This document shows, one piece after another, positions 46,365 through 54,504 of a DNA stretch of 64,000 nt. Position 1 is the first letter of the stretch; each line of letters begins with the position of its first letter. Under the pieces are notes generated by a model. It made no database searches and was not told the DNA's origin. It was given only the letters and a program-made list of their open reading frames with translations. Source of the stretch: Acidobacteriota bacterium (lineage in GTDB: Bacteria; Acidobacteriota; Terriglobia; Terriglobales; SCQP01); assembly GCA_027459505.1 (NCBI GenBank), contig DAIDIE010000021.1:16803-80802 (forward strand), read 5' to 3'. The translations under genes and the position numbers were made by a program.

Positions 46365-46829
46365 CTACCAACTGCTATACGGTCTGCCGTCGCTGGAGGT
46401 CTTATCGCTGCCGCTATGCACGTCAACAATGCCGGGCTGCTGCTGGTCGGCGTCCATCAGGCTGTCATCCTGCGTGGTGGTCCAGGTGGTACTAGAACCG
46501 GTCATCGGGTCGACGGGAAGACTACGCAGGTAGCCGGCGGTGACCAGGTCCTGCAGCGACTGGGGGGCCTGCTGCTTGTCAAGCGTGTACTGGTCGATAA
46601 GCTGGCGCATCTGGAAAAGGTCGTCACGCAATACGGTTTCATGCGCATGCTGCACGGTGGCCTGATAGGCGGGCACCGCCATAGAGAGCAGGATGGAGAT
46701 CACCGCGATCACGATCATCAGCTCGATCAGGGTAAAGCCCAGACGGCGCAGAGGGCTGCCCCGGCGCCGGTGCTGGTGGGCGCGGATAGCGCGTGGGAAG
46801 CGGAGTTTGGAAAAAGAGTACTGCGGCAT
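46365..46829 (-). CDS. prepilin-type (pseudopilin/GspG-like) protein
   Basis: N-methylation motif LGFTLIELMIVIAVISIL after an Arg-rich leader. Confidence 0.75.
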   Translation of the reverse strand: MPQYSFSKLRFPRAIRAHQHRRRGSPLRRLGFTLIELMIVIAVISILLSMAVPAYQATVQHAHETVLRDDLFQMRQLIDQYTLDKQQAPQSLQDLVTAGYLRSLPVDPMTGSSTTWTTTQDDSLMDADQQQPGIVDVHSGSDKTSSDGRPYSSW

Positions 46830-46836
46830 GAGGCGT

Positions 46837-47403
46837 TTACCAATCACTATACTTGCTGCCATCCAAAGCCGTTCCCTGGCTCTTGGTATAGACATCGAAC
46901 ACGTTCTGCCCACCCCAGTCGGTGGAGTCGGGATCGTCCTGGTCGGAGCGCAGCCCCCAATCCTTGGAGTGCGTCATGGGGTCGGTAGGGATACGGCGTA
47001 AAAAGCGGTAATGCTTGCCGTTGGCGTCAACGCCCTTGACCAGGGTTTCGAGATCAGGCGGATAGCCGTCGGAATCCACCTTGGTGCGGATGGCGCCGCG
47101 GTCGGCCAAATCCTTGTAGCGGTCGATGGCATCGCGCATTTCCCGCAGGTCACGCCGCAAAGCGGTCTCCTGCTCGCGTTTCACCGTAATCTTCGCCAGC
47201 GGCAAGGCCATGGTGGTAATGACCAGCAGGATGGCCATGGCCACAATCAACTCGACCAGGGTGAGGCCCACGCTTTGGCATCGCCCTGCTCCCAGCCCGT
47301 CTGACCACCTCCCGGGCAGGCGACCGGGGCGACGCCCTCTGGCTGCACGCGCTTGGGATGGAGAGAAATTGAAAGCGGATGGCTTTCGGCGGGAGGGCGT
47401 CAT
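46837..47403 (-). CDS. type II secretion GspG-like pseudopilin
   Basis: VGLTLVELIVAMAILLV prepilin motif, and LRRDLREMRDAIDRY...RIPTDPM, typical of the T2SS_G family. Start uncertain (the ORF extends to 47487). Confidence 0.75.
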   Translation of the reverse strand: MTPSRRKPSAFNFSPSQARAARGRRPGRLPGRWSDGLGAGRCQSVGLTLVELIVAMAILLVITTMALPLAKITVKREQETALRRDLREMRDAIDRYKDLADRGAIRTKVDSDGYPPDLETLVKGVDANGKHYRFLRRIPTDPMTHSKDWGLRSDQDDPDSTDWGGQNVFDVYTKSQGTALDGSKYSDW

Positions 47404-47507
47404 ACAACAACCTGGAGGCGCGCCAGACACTACTCCGCTGACGGCGCAAACACAGTTTACCAGCACTCGAAGCGAAGGTTTGCGCAATATTAACCTCCCG
47501 CCCTTGA

Positions 47508-50195
47508 TCAGCGAATGTTGATGATTGCTTTCCCGGTAGTCAGGGGAATGATGCCTCCACTGGGGTTGCGGGCAATGGCACGCGTGATTGCCAACTCCGT
47601 GGGACCGGCAGCCTTGGCCCGCAGCGTAATCGTGGCAACGCTGCCGGAGCCGCTGATGCCGGCCACGTTCGGTGGACGGCTGATGGTGATCTGCGCCGTG
47701 CCGGTGGTGGAATCCTCCCGGTGGACGACCACGGCTGGCTGCCCGTCGCGTGACAACATGCCCCCGTTGAGCACGTTTTCAATCGAGATCATGCGGGGAT
47801 CGTAGTTGAGCTGCAGTGACAGCGAGTAGGCTTGGTTGACATTGGCGAGCTGCAGGCTGACCCCCACCGGATTGCCGACAATGGCATTGACGGTTGCAGG
47901 TTGAATCTGCAGCGCCGCTGCTCCGGGCTGCCCGGCGGAGTTGTTGACCGGCGCCGTCGCTGCAGGGGCCGGCGGCGCACCCGAAACGGCCGGCTGACCG
48001 GCCGGCACTTGCGCCGGCGGCACCGAGGCTGCCCCACCCGGCCCTGCCATGTTGGTATTGCCCTGCGCGGGGGGCACGGCAGAGGGCGGCGGTCCGTTGG
48101 TCACGCCGTTCTGCGGCGCGATATTGATACCGGCGGCGGTGGCCGGCGGCATCTCGTGCAGCTCAATATTCATCTGCGTGCCGGTATCGAGCGCCTCACG
48201 ATTGATGGGCGTGATGTTGAGCTTGCGCACGATGTGCGGGGTCATGATGATGAGCGTCTCGTCGTACTTACGCTCAGTGTGAGTTGTCGTAAACAAATTC
48301 TTCAGCAAAGGGATGGCGCTGAGAAATGGGATGCCGCTCACGTTGTGAACGTCATTATGGTCAAAAATACCGCCCAGAATATTGCTTTGCCCGGCCCGGA
48401 GTTGAATTGTGTGATCCACCGAACGTTGGCCTATAACCGGCTGCAGGATGCCCCCAATGGTTTGGTAGTTATCGACGGCTGAGATCACCACCTTGTTCTT
48501 CAAGCTGACCTCGTCACCATGCACGAACGGGGTAAGCTCGATGGTGACACCCACGTCCTGATATTGAAATTGGGTATTGACCAGGGAACCAAATCCCGCA
48601 TTCGCCCCAGCGGTAACGCCACCGAAAGCCGCACCGCCAAAGCTCCCCGTGGCTATCGGGATCTTCTCACCAATTTTCAGCGTTGCCTTTTGTCCGCTGG
48701 TGGCCCGCAACTCCGGATTCTGAATAGTGCGCGACTGGTTGTCGTTCATCAGAAAGTTGAGCTGAGCCGGAGAGATCGTTACCGAGAAGTCATTACGATC
48801 CAGATGCGAGAGCTGCTGGAAGCTGAAGGTAGAAGCGATTGGCGCTGAACCGCTGCCGGTGCTGCCTCCGTTGTTGCCGCTGCCGTTCGTACTATTATTA
48901 CTATTGTTATTGTTATTGTTATTGTTGTTCTGGCTAAGGTTGCTGTTCAACCCCACCGTGACGTTGGTTGGGGGCAGGATACCCAAATCCCGCAGCCGAT
49001 CCCGCGAAACCTGCAGAACCTGCACGTCTACAACAACTTCCGGGGGCGCCTTGTCCAGATCTTCAATAATCTTCTGGGCCACCGCCACTTTGTCGGGGGT
49101 ATCGCGCATCACCAGGGCCATCTGCGAGGCCACCGGCTGGAAATGCTGCAGGTTGAGCACGGTGCGAACGGCGATAGCAATATCGTTCAACTGCGCCGGC
49201 GTGGTGGCGTTGTGGACGTAGAAGGTTTTCACCACTTGCGATTCGAGGTCAATGCGCTTCTGCAGGGTGTCGTTGGCGACGAAGATCGTATTCGGCGTGA
49301 CCACCGTGTAGAAGCTCTTCGATTCCAGGCCGAGGATGCGTAACGCCTCCAGCAGCGAAACCTGTTTGAGATCCAGCGTGACGTGCTTGGGCTGGTAATC
49401 GGGATCGTAGATCACATTGATGTTGGCGAGGCGGCCAATGGTGTCGTAAGCGACGCGCGCATCGCTGGCCAAATGCAAGGTGATGGGGGTGGCGGAGACA
49501 GCGCCGAGTTCCACCGGGCCTTCCGCCTCCTCGAGCCGCCGCTGCATGTCTCCTACGGGCTGGGTCGTGCTCGCCTGGGGGGCCGGCGTCTGCGCGGCCG
49601 GCGACATCAGTTTGCGCAGGTGTGCGAGCTCCTGCGCTGCGATAAAGTTGCTCCCGTCCAGGCTGCGGGCCTTCTCGAATTCCGCCAGAGCTTCGGCGTT
49701 GAGGTGGCGCGCTTCCAACTGTTTGCCACGCTGCACGTGGGCCAGGGAGGCCTCGAAGCGGGCGCGGCGGGCGGCAATAATGTAGCGGGCGTCGTTGGGC
49801 TTAAGGCGCAGGGCGACGCTGTAATCAGCGTAGGCGGTATCGTAGTTGTGCGCCTGTTCCTGTTTCAGCCCGGCGTTATAAAACGAATGAGCGCGATCAG
49901 CCAAGGCCGGGGTGGCAGCCAGCAAGAGGGCCGCGGTGGCGGTCAGCAGGCGACGGCAAGCCGGGGGCGATTTTGGGGCCGAAAGCGGCGAAGCCGCGGA
50001 AAACCAAAGTCGGGATTTCAACAAAACTCGTGCCTCACCATGAACCCCGCCCGGCTGCGAGCAGGAAAATTGATAGCGGAAGCAGTGCTCGGCAAGCCAA
50101 CTGCCTGGGCAAACACTGCGTCCGGCCCTGCGCGGCACGGCAGCGCACCTGCAGTTCCCGGCTAGAGGCCTAAGGAAAGGTACGTTTCCGCGCAA
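47508..50195 (-). CDS. secretin (GspD/PilQ family) with TPR-like N-terminus, poly-Asn linker and cohesin-like C-terminal domain
   Basis: Secretin C-domain ...GIPFLSAIPLLKNLF....ETLIIMTPHIV. N-terminal TPR-like helices. An N9SNNSTN tract. The C-terminal 150 aa (VGVSLQLANVNQAYSLSLQLNYDPRMISIENV...) are cohesin-like. The true start is probably internal. Confidence 0.85.
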   Translation of the reverse strand: MRGNVPFLRPLAGNCRCAAVPRRAGRSVCPGSWLAEHCFRYQFSCSQPGGVHGEARVLLKSRLWFSAASPLSAPKSPPACRRLLTATAALLLAATPALADRAHSFYNAGLKQEQAHNYDTAYADYSVALRLKPNDARYIIAARRARFEASLAHVQRGKQLEARHLNAEALAEFEKARSLDGSNFIAAQELAHLRKLMSPAAQTPAPQASTTQPVGDMQRRLEEAEGPVELGAVSATPITLHLASDARVAYDTIGRLANINVIYDPDYQPKHVTLDLKQVSLLEALRILGLESKSFYTVVTPNTIFVANDTLQKRIDLESQVVKTFYVHNATTPAQLNDIAIAVRTVLNLQHFQPVASQMALVMRDTPDKVAVAQKIIEDLDKAPPEVVVDVQVLQVSRDRLRDLGILPPTNVTVGLNSNLSQNNNNNNNNNSNNSTNGSGNNGGSTGSGSAPIASTFSFQQLSHLDRNDFSVTISPAQLNFLMNDNQSRTIQNPELRATSGQKATLKIGEKIPIATGSFGGAAFGGVTAGANAGFGSLVNTQFQYQDVGVTIELTPFVHGDEVSLKNKVVISAVDNYQTIGGILQPVIGQRSVDHTIQLRAGQSNILGGIFDHNDVHNVSGIPFLSAIPLLKNLFTTTHTERKYDETLIIMTPHIVRKLNITPINREALDTGTQMNIELHEMPPATAAGINIAPQNGVTNGPPPSAVPPAQGNTNMAGPGGAASVPPAQVPAGQPAVSGAPPAPAATAPVNNSAGQPGAAALQIQPATVNAIVGNPVGVSLQLANVNQAYSLSLQLNYDPRMISIENVLNGGMLSRDGQPAVVVHREDSTTGTAQITISRPPNVAGISGSGSVATITLRAKAAGPTELAITRAIARNPSGGIIPLTTGKAIINIR

Positions 50196-50366
50196 AGGCT
50201 CTTTTGGCCGAGTCTAACACACTGGCCCAAGAGACAGCGCTTACGCGCTGCCCCGGAAGGGCACGCTGCGATTGCGGAATAGCAGCGGCGGCTCAAGCCA
50301 GCTCAGGAATCTTCCCCGACCTGCGGTAGCATCGCTATGCGGGCATTCGCGCCGCCGCCCCTCGCC

Positions 50367-50828
50367 ATGAGCCAGGAATTCAAGATCATTGCCGAAAATC
50401 GTCAGGCCGCGCACAACTACCACCTGCTGGAAAAGTATGAAGCCGGGGTGGTGTTGAGCGGCACCGAGGTGAAATCGTTGCGGGCCGGACAAGCGCAGCT
50501 CAAGGACAGCTACGCCATTGTGCGCAACAACGAGATCTTCCTGCTCAACTGCCATATCAGTCCCTACCACAACGCCGGCTACGCCACCCATGAGCCGGAC
50601 CGCACGCGCAAGTTGCTCATGCACGCGCAGGAGATTCACCGCCTGGACGGCAAGACGCGCGAGAAGGGCCTCACGCTGATACCCACGCGGCTCTACTTTA
50701 AAGATGGGCGGGTGAAGTGCGAGATCGCGCTGGCCAAGGGCAAGCAGCTTTACGACAAGCGGGAAACGGAGCGGAGGCGCGAGGCCGACCGGGAAGCGCG
50801 CCAGGCGCTGAAGCAGCGTAGCCGGTAG
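50367..50828 (+). CDS. smpB: SsrA-binding protein SmpB
   Basis: IAENRQA.HNY...E.YEAG.VL.GTEVKSLR...L.DSYA; the full SmpB signature. Confidence 0.9.
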   Translation: MSQEFKIIAENRQAAHNYHLLEKYEAGVVLSGTEVKSLRAGQAQLKDSYAIVRNNEIFLLNCHISPYHNAGYATHEPDRTRKLLMHAQEIHRLDGKTREKGLTLIPTRLYFKDGRVKCEIALAKGKQLYDKRETERRREADREARQALKQRSR

Positions 50829-51240
50829 CGCAATCGTCCTTCCGCGGCTTGCCGTACATCCCCCTGCAGCCATCCGCGCCACCAGGCAATGCCGGGCGAT
50901 CCCGCTCCGGCGCACTCTCTTCGTTCTTTCGATCGGCCAACACAAGTGACCAGGACAGGTTTCAGGAACTCTCTGCTGGAGGAGCGGCACCGGACTGAGC
51001 GGCCGTGGAGCGCTCTTGTTTGGGGCCAGCAGCCGGGGGCGGACCGGGTGAGTCAAAACCCGCATTTTTGAAGCACTTCCACGTCTTTAGTGGAGCCCAT
51101 TTGGACTGATTGGATCACTGACTGAGTTTTTTTTCGCAGACGGGTGCAACCGGCGTCACCAACGGGGCCATCTTTGTCGCAAACACCACAGCGAGAGAGG
51201 CCTCCGCCTCGTGTCGCGCCTCCCCCGCCGAGATCCTGCC

Positions 51241-51275
51241 CTGACAGCTCCTGCCCGGGCAGGGTTAGGAGTCAG
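51241..51275 (+). promoter_or_regulatory. hairpin able to sequester the SD of the first operon gene
   Basis: CTGAC..CTCCTGCCC/GGGCAGG..AGGAGTCAG. CTCCT (51248-51252) can pair with the SD AGGAG (51267-51271). The 14-nt perfect palindrome CCTGCCCGGGCAGG lies at 51250-51263. The ATG is at 51281. Confidence 0.35.
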
Positions 51276-51280
51276 GTCGT

Positions 51281-53161
51281 ATGCCAGTAGTCGACATCTC
51301 CCTGCAGCAACTCGATTCCACCAGTCACATCCATGAAGACATCCAGCGCCGCCTGGCGGCGGAGCGGGAACGCCTGTTGGCGGAGCTCAAAACGCAGTCT
51401 CCGCCGCAACATTTTGCCCGCCCGGCGGAGCGCCCCTTTACCGCCGCGGAACGATCGCGAGTGACCATCCTGTTTGGCGGCCTGACCTGGAAGCACGAAA
51501 GTGTTATCCGCGCCGCCTTTGAGGGGAGCGGCTATCGCTGCCAAATCCTTCCCGTGCCCAACGTAGCGGCCTTCCAGATCGGTAAGGAGTACGGCAACAA
51601 CGGCCAGTGCAACCCCACCTATTTCACGGTGGGAAACCTGGTGCAGTTTCTCAAGTCATTGCAAGCGCAGGGACTTTCGCGACAGCAGATTATTGATGAC
51701 TACGTTTTCTTTACGGCTGGATCCTGCGGACCGTGCCGTTTTGGCATGTACGAGGCGGAGTACCGGCTGGCCTTGCGCAATGCAGGCTTTGAAGGCTTCC
51801 GGGTACTGCTGTTCCAGCAGAACGAAGGGATTAAGGCCGCCTCTGGCGAGCCCGGGCTGAAGTTCACTGTGGACTTCGGTATGTCCATGTTCCACGCGCT
51901 CAACCTGGGCGACATTCTTAACGAAATGATTTACCGCATCCGCCCTTACGAGGCGGAGCCCGGAAAAACCGATCGCGTCTTCCGCGAGTTCATCGCGGAA
52001 CTCTGTCAGGAGATGCGCGAGCGGACTCCCTATGAAATCCTGCAACGCACGCCTCCCTGGATATCGCAGCGGCTGGCGCGCAACAAGAAGCTCAAAGACG
52101 TTCTCAACTCTTTTGCCAAGGTCGGTGATCACCTTTATGGCCGCCAGACAGAAGCCGCCTTGGCCCACTGCGCCGAGCGGCTGAGCACAATCGAAGTCGA
52201 TCGGCTCAAGGTGAAGCCGGTGGTGAAGATCATTGGCGAGTTCTGGGCGCAGATCACCGAAGGGGACGGCAATTTCAATATGTTCGCCTTCCTGGAGCGT
52301 GAGGGGGCGCAGGTTCTGGTTGAGCCGATTGCGACCTGGGTGCTTTACATGATGTATCAGGCGCGTATTCGCGCCATTGGACGTAAGGGGCTGGAGCAGG
52401 GTCTAGCCCAGTGGTGGGAGGTGGGCAAGAAGCTCCGGCAGGAGCTTGGCGTCGCCAGGACTTGCGCACTGTTGTCTCTTGGCGAACGCATTTATGCCAA
52501 CCAGTATCACCGCACGGTACGAGCGTTGGGCAATGTCGCGCATGAATTGATTTCGCAAAAGGAACTGGCGCGTTTGGCCCAACCCTACTACCACCGTCTG
52601 GCGCGTGGCGGTGAAGGGCATCTCGAAGTCGGCAAAAACATTTATTACACCGTGCATCATCTCTGCCACATGGTGCTGGCGCTGAAACCGTTTGGCTGCA
52701 TGCCGTCCTCGCAGTCGGACGGGGTGCAGTCGGCGGTGGCGAACCATTTCAAGGAAATGATCTTTTTGCCCATCGAGACTTCCGGAGAAGGCGAGATCAA
52801 TGCCCACAGCCGTGTGCAGATGGCTTTAGGCGAGGCCAAAGTGCGAGCCAAAGCCGAGTTCGAGCAATGCCTTTCGGGCACCGGGCGCACGCTGCCGCAA
52901 ATTCGCGATTACGTGGCGGCTCATCCGGAGTTGCGCCATCCGTTCTATCAGGTTCCGCACGTGGAAGGGGTGACGGGCGTGGCGGCACAGTTTGTGCTGC
53001 ACGTCGACCGGCTGATGAAGCGCGACGAGCGCGCCTGGCGGCGGACCAGAATCTTCCGGGAGGAGGGGGTGAGGCCCCTAGCTCTCTCTGCGCGTGTCCA
53101 GGTTCCAATGGCATCCGCCAAGGCGGATACAGCAAACGTTGTCGAGAAGAACTATGCCTGA
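51281..53161 (+). CDS. acyl-CoA dehydratase activase-related protein (DUF2229-type half, no ATPase domain)
   Basis: TILFGGLTWKHESVIRAAFEGSGY...NNGQCNPTYF...GSCGPCRFGMYEAEY...LKPFGCMPSSQSDG. Paralogous to the C-terminal part of the 1207-aa protein. Confidence 0.8.
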   Translation: MPVVDISLQQLDSTSHIHEDIQRRLAAERERLLAELKTQSPPQHFARPAERPFTAAERSRVTILFGGLTWKHESVIRAAFEGSGYRCQILPVPNVAAFQIGKEYGNNGQCNPTYFTVGNLVQFLKSLQAQGLSRQQIIDDYVFFTAGSCGPCRFGMYEAEYRLALRNAGFEGFRVLLFQQNEGIKAASGEPGLKFTVDFGMSMFHALNLGDILNEMIYRIRPYEAEPGKTDRVFREFIAELCQEMRERTPYEILQRTPPWISQRLARNKKLKDVLNSFAKVGDHLYGRQTEAALAHCAERLSTIEVDRLKVKPVVKIIGEFWAQITEGDGNFNMFAFLEREGAQVLVEPIATWVLYMMYQARIRAIGRKGLEQGLAQWWEVGKKLRQELGVARTCALLSLGERIYANQYHRTVRALGNVAHELISQKELARLAQPYYHRLARGGEGHLEVGKNIYYTVHHLCHMVLALKPFGCMPSSQSDGVQSAVANHFKEMIFLPIETSGEGEINAHSRVQMALGEAKVRAKAEFEQCLSGTGRTLPQIRDYVAAHPELRHPFYQVPHVEGVTGVAAQFVLHVDRLMKRDERAWRRTRIFREEGVRPLALSARVQVPMASAKADTANVVEKNYA

Positions 53162-54485
53162 ACCACAACTGCTGCCCAGCGCCCCGCCGGAGGGGTACAC
53201 CGCACCGGCTTACAAGCTGGACGTGCCGCTGCACGCCGTCCTCATGGGGAGCCAACCCGGTCAACGCTCGCTGCCGCCCATCCCGCCGCCCGGAGCGCCA
53301 CTGCAATCGCTGCCCGAGCCGGTGTTTCCGCAACGTCCCGAACTGCTGGGTGAGGATAACCCGCGCGACCCGGACTGGAGCTTGCCGGCGCATCAGCGGC
53401 GTCACTGGACGCCACACCAGATCGTGCACACCTTGCAGGGCTGGCTGGTTCCCTATATGAAGTCGCGGGTCAAGCCGGGCGACTTCCATCCCCTGATCGC
53501 TTACCTGTTCACCGAGTGGAAATGTAATCTCGACTGCAATTACTGCTGGGCGTTTGACAATCGCGTCAAAGGAATGAACGAGGATGTCGCGCGGCGGTCG
53601 ATCGACTGGCTTTTTGATCACGATTGCCGTGTGCTGGCGCTGATGGGGGGCGAGCCGCTGCTGCGGCCGGATTTCGCGCACAAGGTGATTTACTACGCGG
53701 CCAAGCGCGGCATGTGGGTTTACCTGCCCACCAATGGGCGCCTGATGCGCGAAGACGTGATTGACAAGCTGGCCGATGCGGGGCTGGCGACGTTAAACCT
53801 CGCCGTCGACGCGGTAGACATCAAGCCCGGATTGCCCAAGGCGCTGGCGCCCATCCGCAACTACTTCGATTACCTGGTGAAGCGGCAGTATCGCTACGGT
53901 TATTCCGTCTTTTTCAACGTCAATATCTGCCGCAACAACCTCGATGACGTCCGCCAGCTCACTGAGATCGCGAGGGACAACGGCATTGCGACGGACTACC
54001 ACGTCTGCGAAACGCCATTGACGGAACAGTCGCACTTCCGCCATTTAAACGACAACCCCACCTACATCCGTCCGGAGGACTGGCCGCTGGTGGATGAGGT
54101 GCTGGACTGGCTGATTGAGAAGCAGAAGGGCGGTTACCGCATGCTGAACTCGACCAGCCGACTGGCGCAGATGAAGACCTTCATGCGCAGCGGCATGAAT
54201 GAACCCTGGAACTGCCGGGCCGGCCAGAACTCGCTGATCATTCGCACCGATGGCAGTCTGGCGCCCTGCTTTCCCATGTATTCGGCCACCTACGATTGGG
54301 GGCACATCGAGAAGCAGAAGTTTGAAACGGCCCAGCTCAACCAGATGAAAGAGTCGTGCCAGCAGCACTGCTTCTCTACTCTGAATCACATTCTGGGTTA
54401 CTGCTATGACGATGGGCGCGTAATTCGCACCTTCTTCCGGCAAGCGCTGCGCGGTTTCCAGGGCATCGAGGGCAACCTCGAATAG
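53154..54485 (+). CDS. radical SAM protein with SPASM/twitch-like C-terminal Cys cluster
   Basis: CNLDCNYC (53523-53546), GGEPLL, and CRAGQNSLIIRTDGSLAPC...CQQHC...C. ATG 53154 overlaps the upstream stop by 8 nt. About 115 aa of Pro-rich sequence precede the core. Confidence 0.85.
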   Translation: MPEPQLLPSAPPEGYTAPAYKLDVPLHAVLMGSQPGQRSLPPIPPPGAPLQSLPEPVFPQRPELLGEDNPRDPDWSLPAHQRRHWTPHQIVHTLQGWLVPYMKSRVKPGDFHPLIAYLFTEWKCNLDCNYCWAFDNRVKGMNEDVARRSIDWLFDHDCRVLALMGGEPLLRPDFAHKVIYYAAKRGMWVYLPTNGRLMREDVIDKLADAGLATLNLAVDAVDIKPGLPKALAPIRNYFDYLVKRQYRYGYSVFFNVNICRNNLDDVRQLTEIARDNGIATDYHVCETPLTEQSHFRHLNDNPTYIRPEDWPLVDEVLDWLIEKQKGGYRMLNSTSRLAQMKTFMRSGMNEPWNCRAGQNSLIIRTDGSLAPCFPMYSATYDWGHIEKQKFETAQLNQMKESCQQHCFSTLNHILGYCYDDGRVIRTFFRQALRGFQGIEGNLE

Positions 54486-54504
54486 AAACTTTGGGAGAAG
54501 ATGC

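Noticed and set aside
50829-51240. tmRNA (ssrA) or a riboswitch in the 450-nt gap after smpB
   Set aside because: I found no tRNA-Ala-like acceptor/T-arm ends and no tag reading frame ending in ..ALAA-stop. Only a weak 5-bp hairpin plus T-run (51045-51068) and a T8 run (51129-51137) are visible. No known riboswitch core was recognised by eye.
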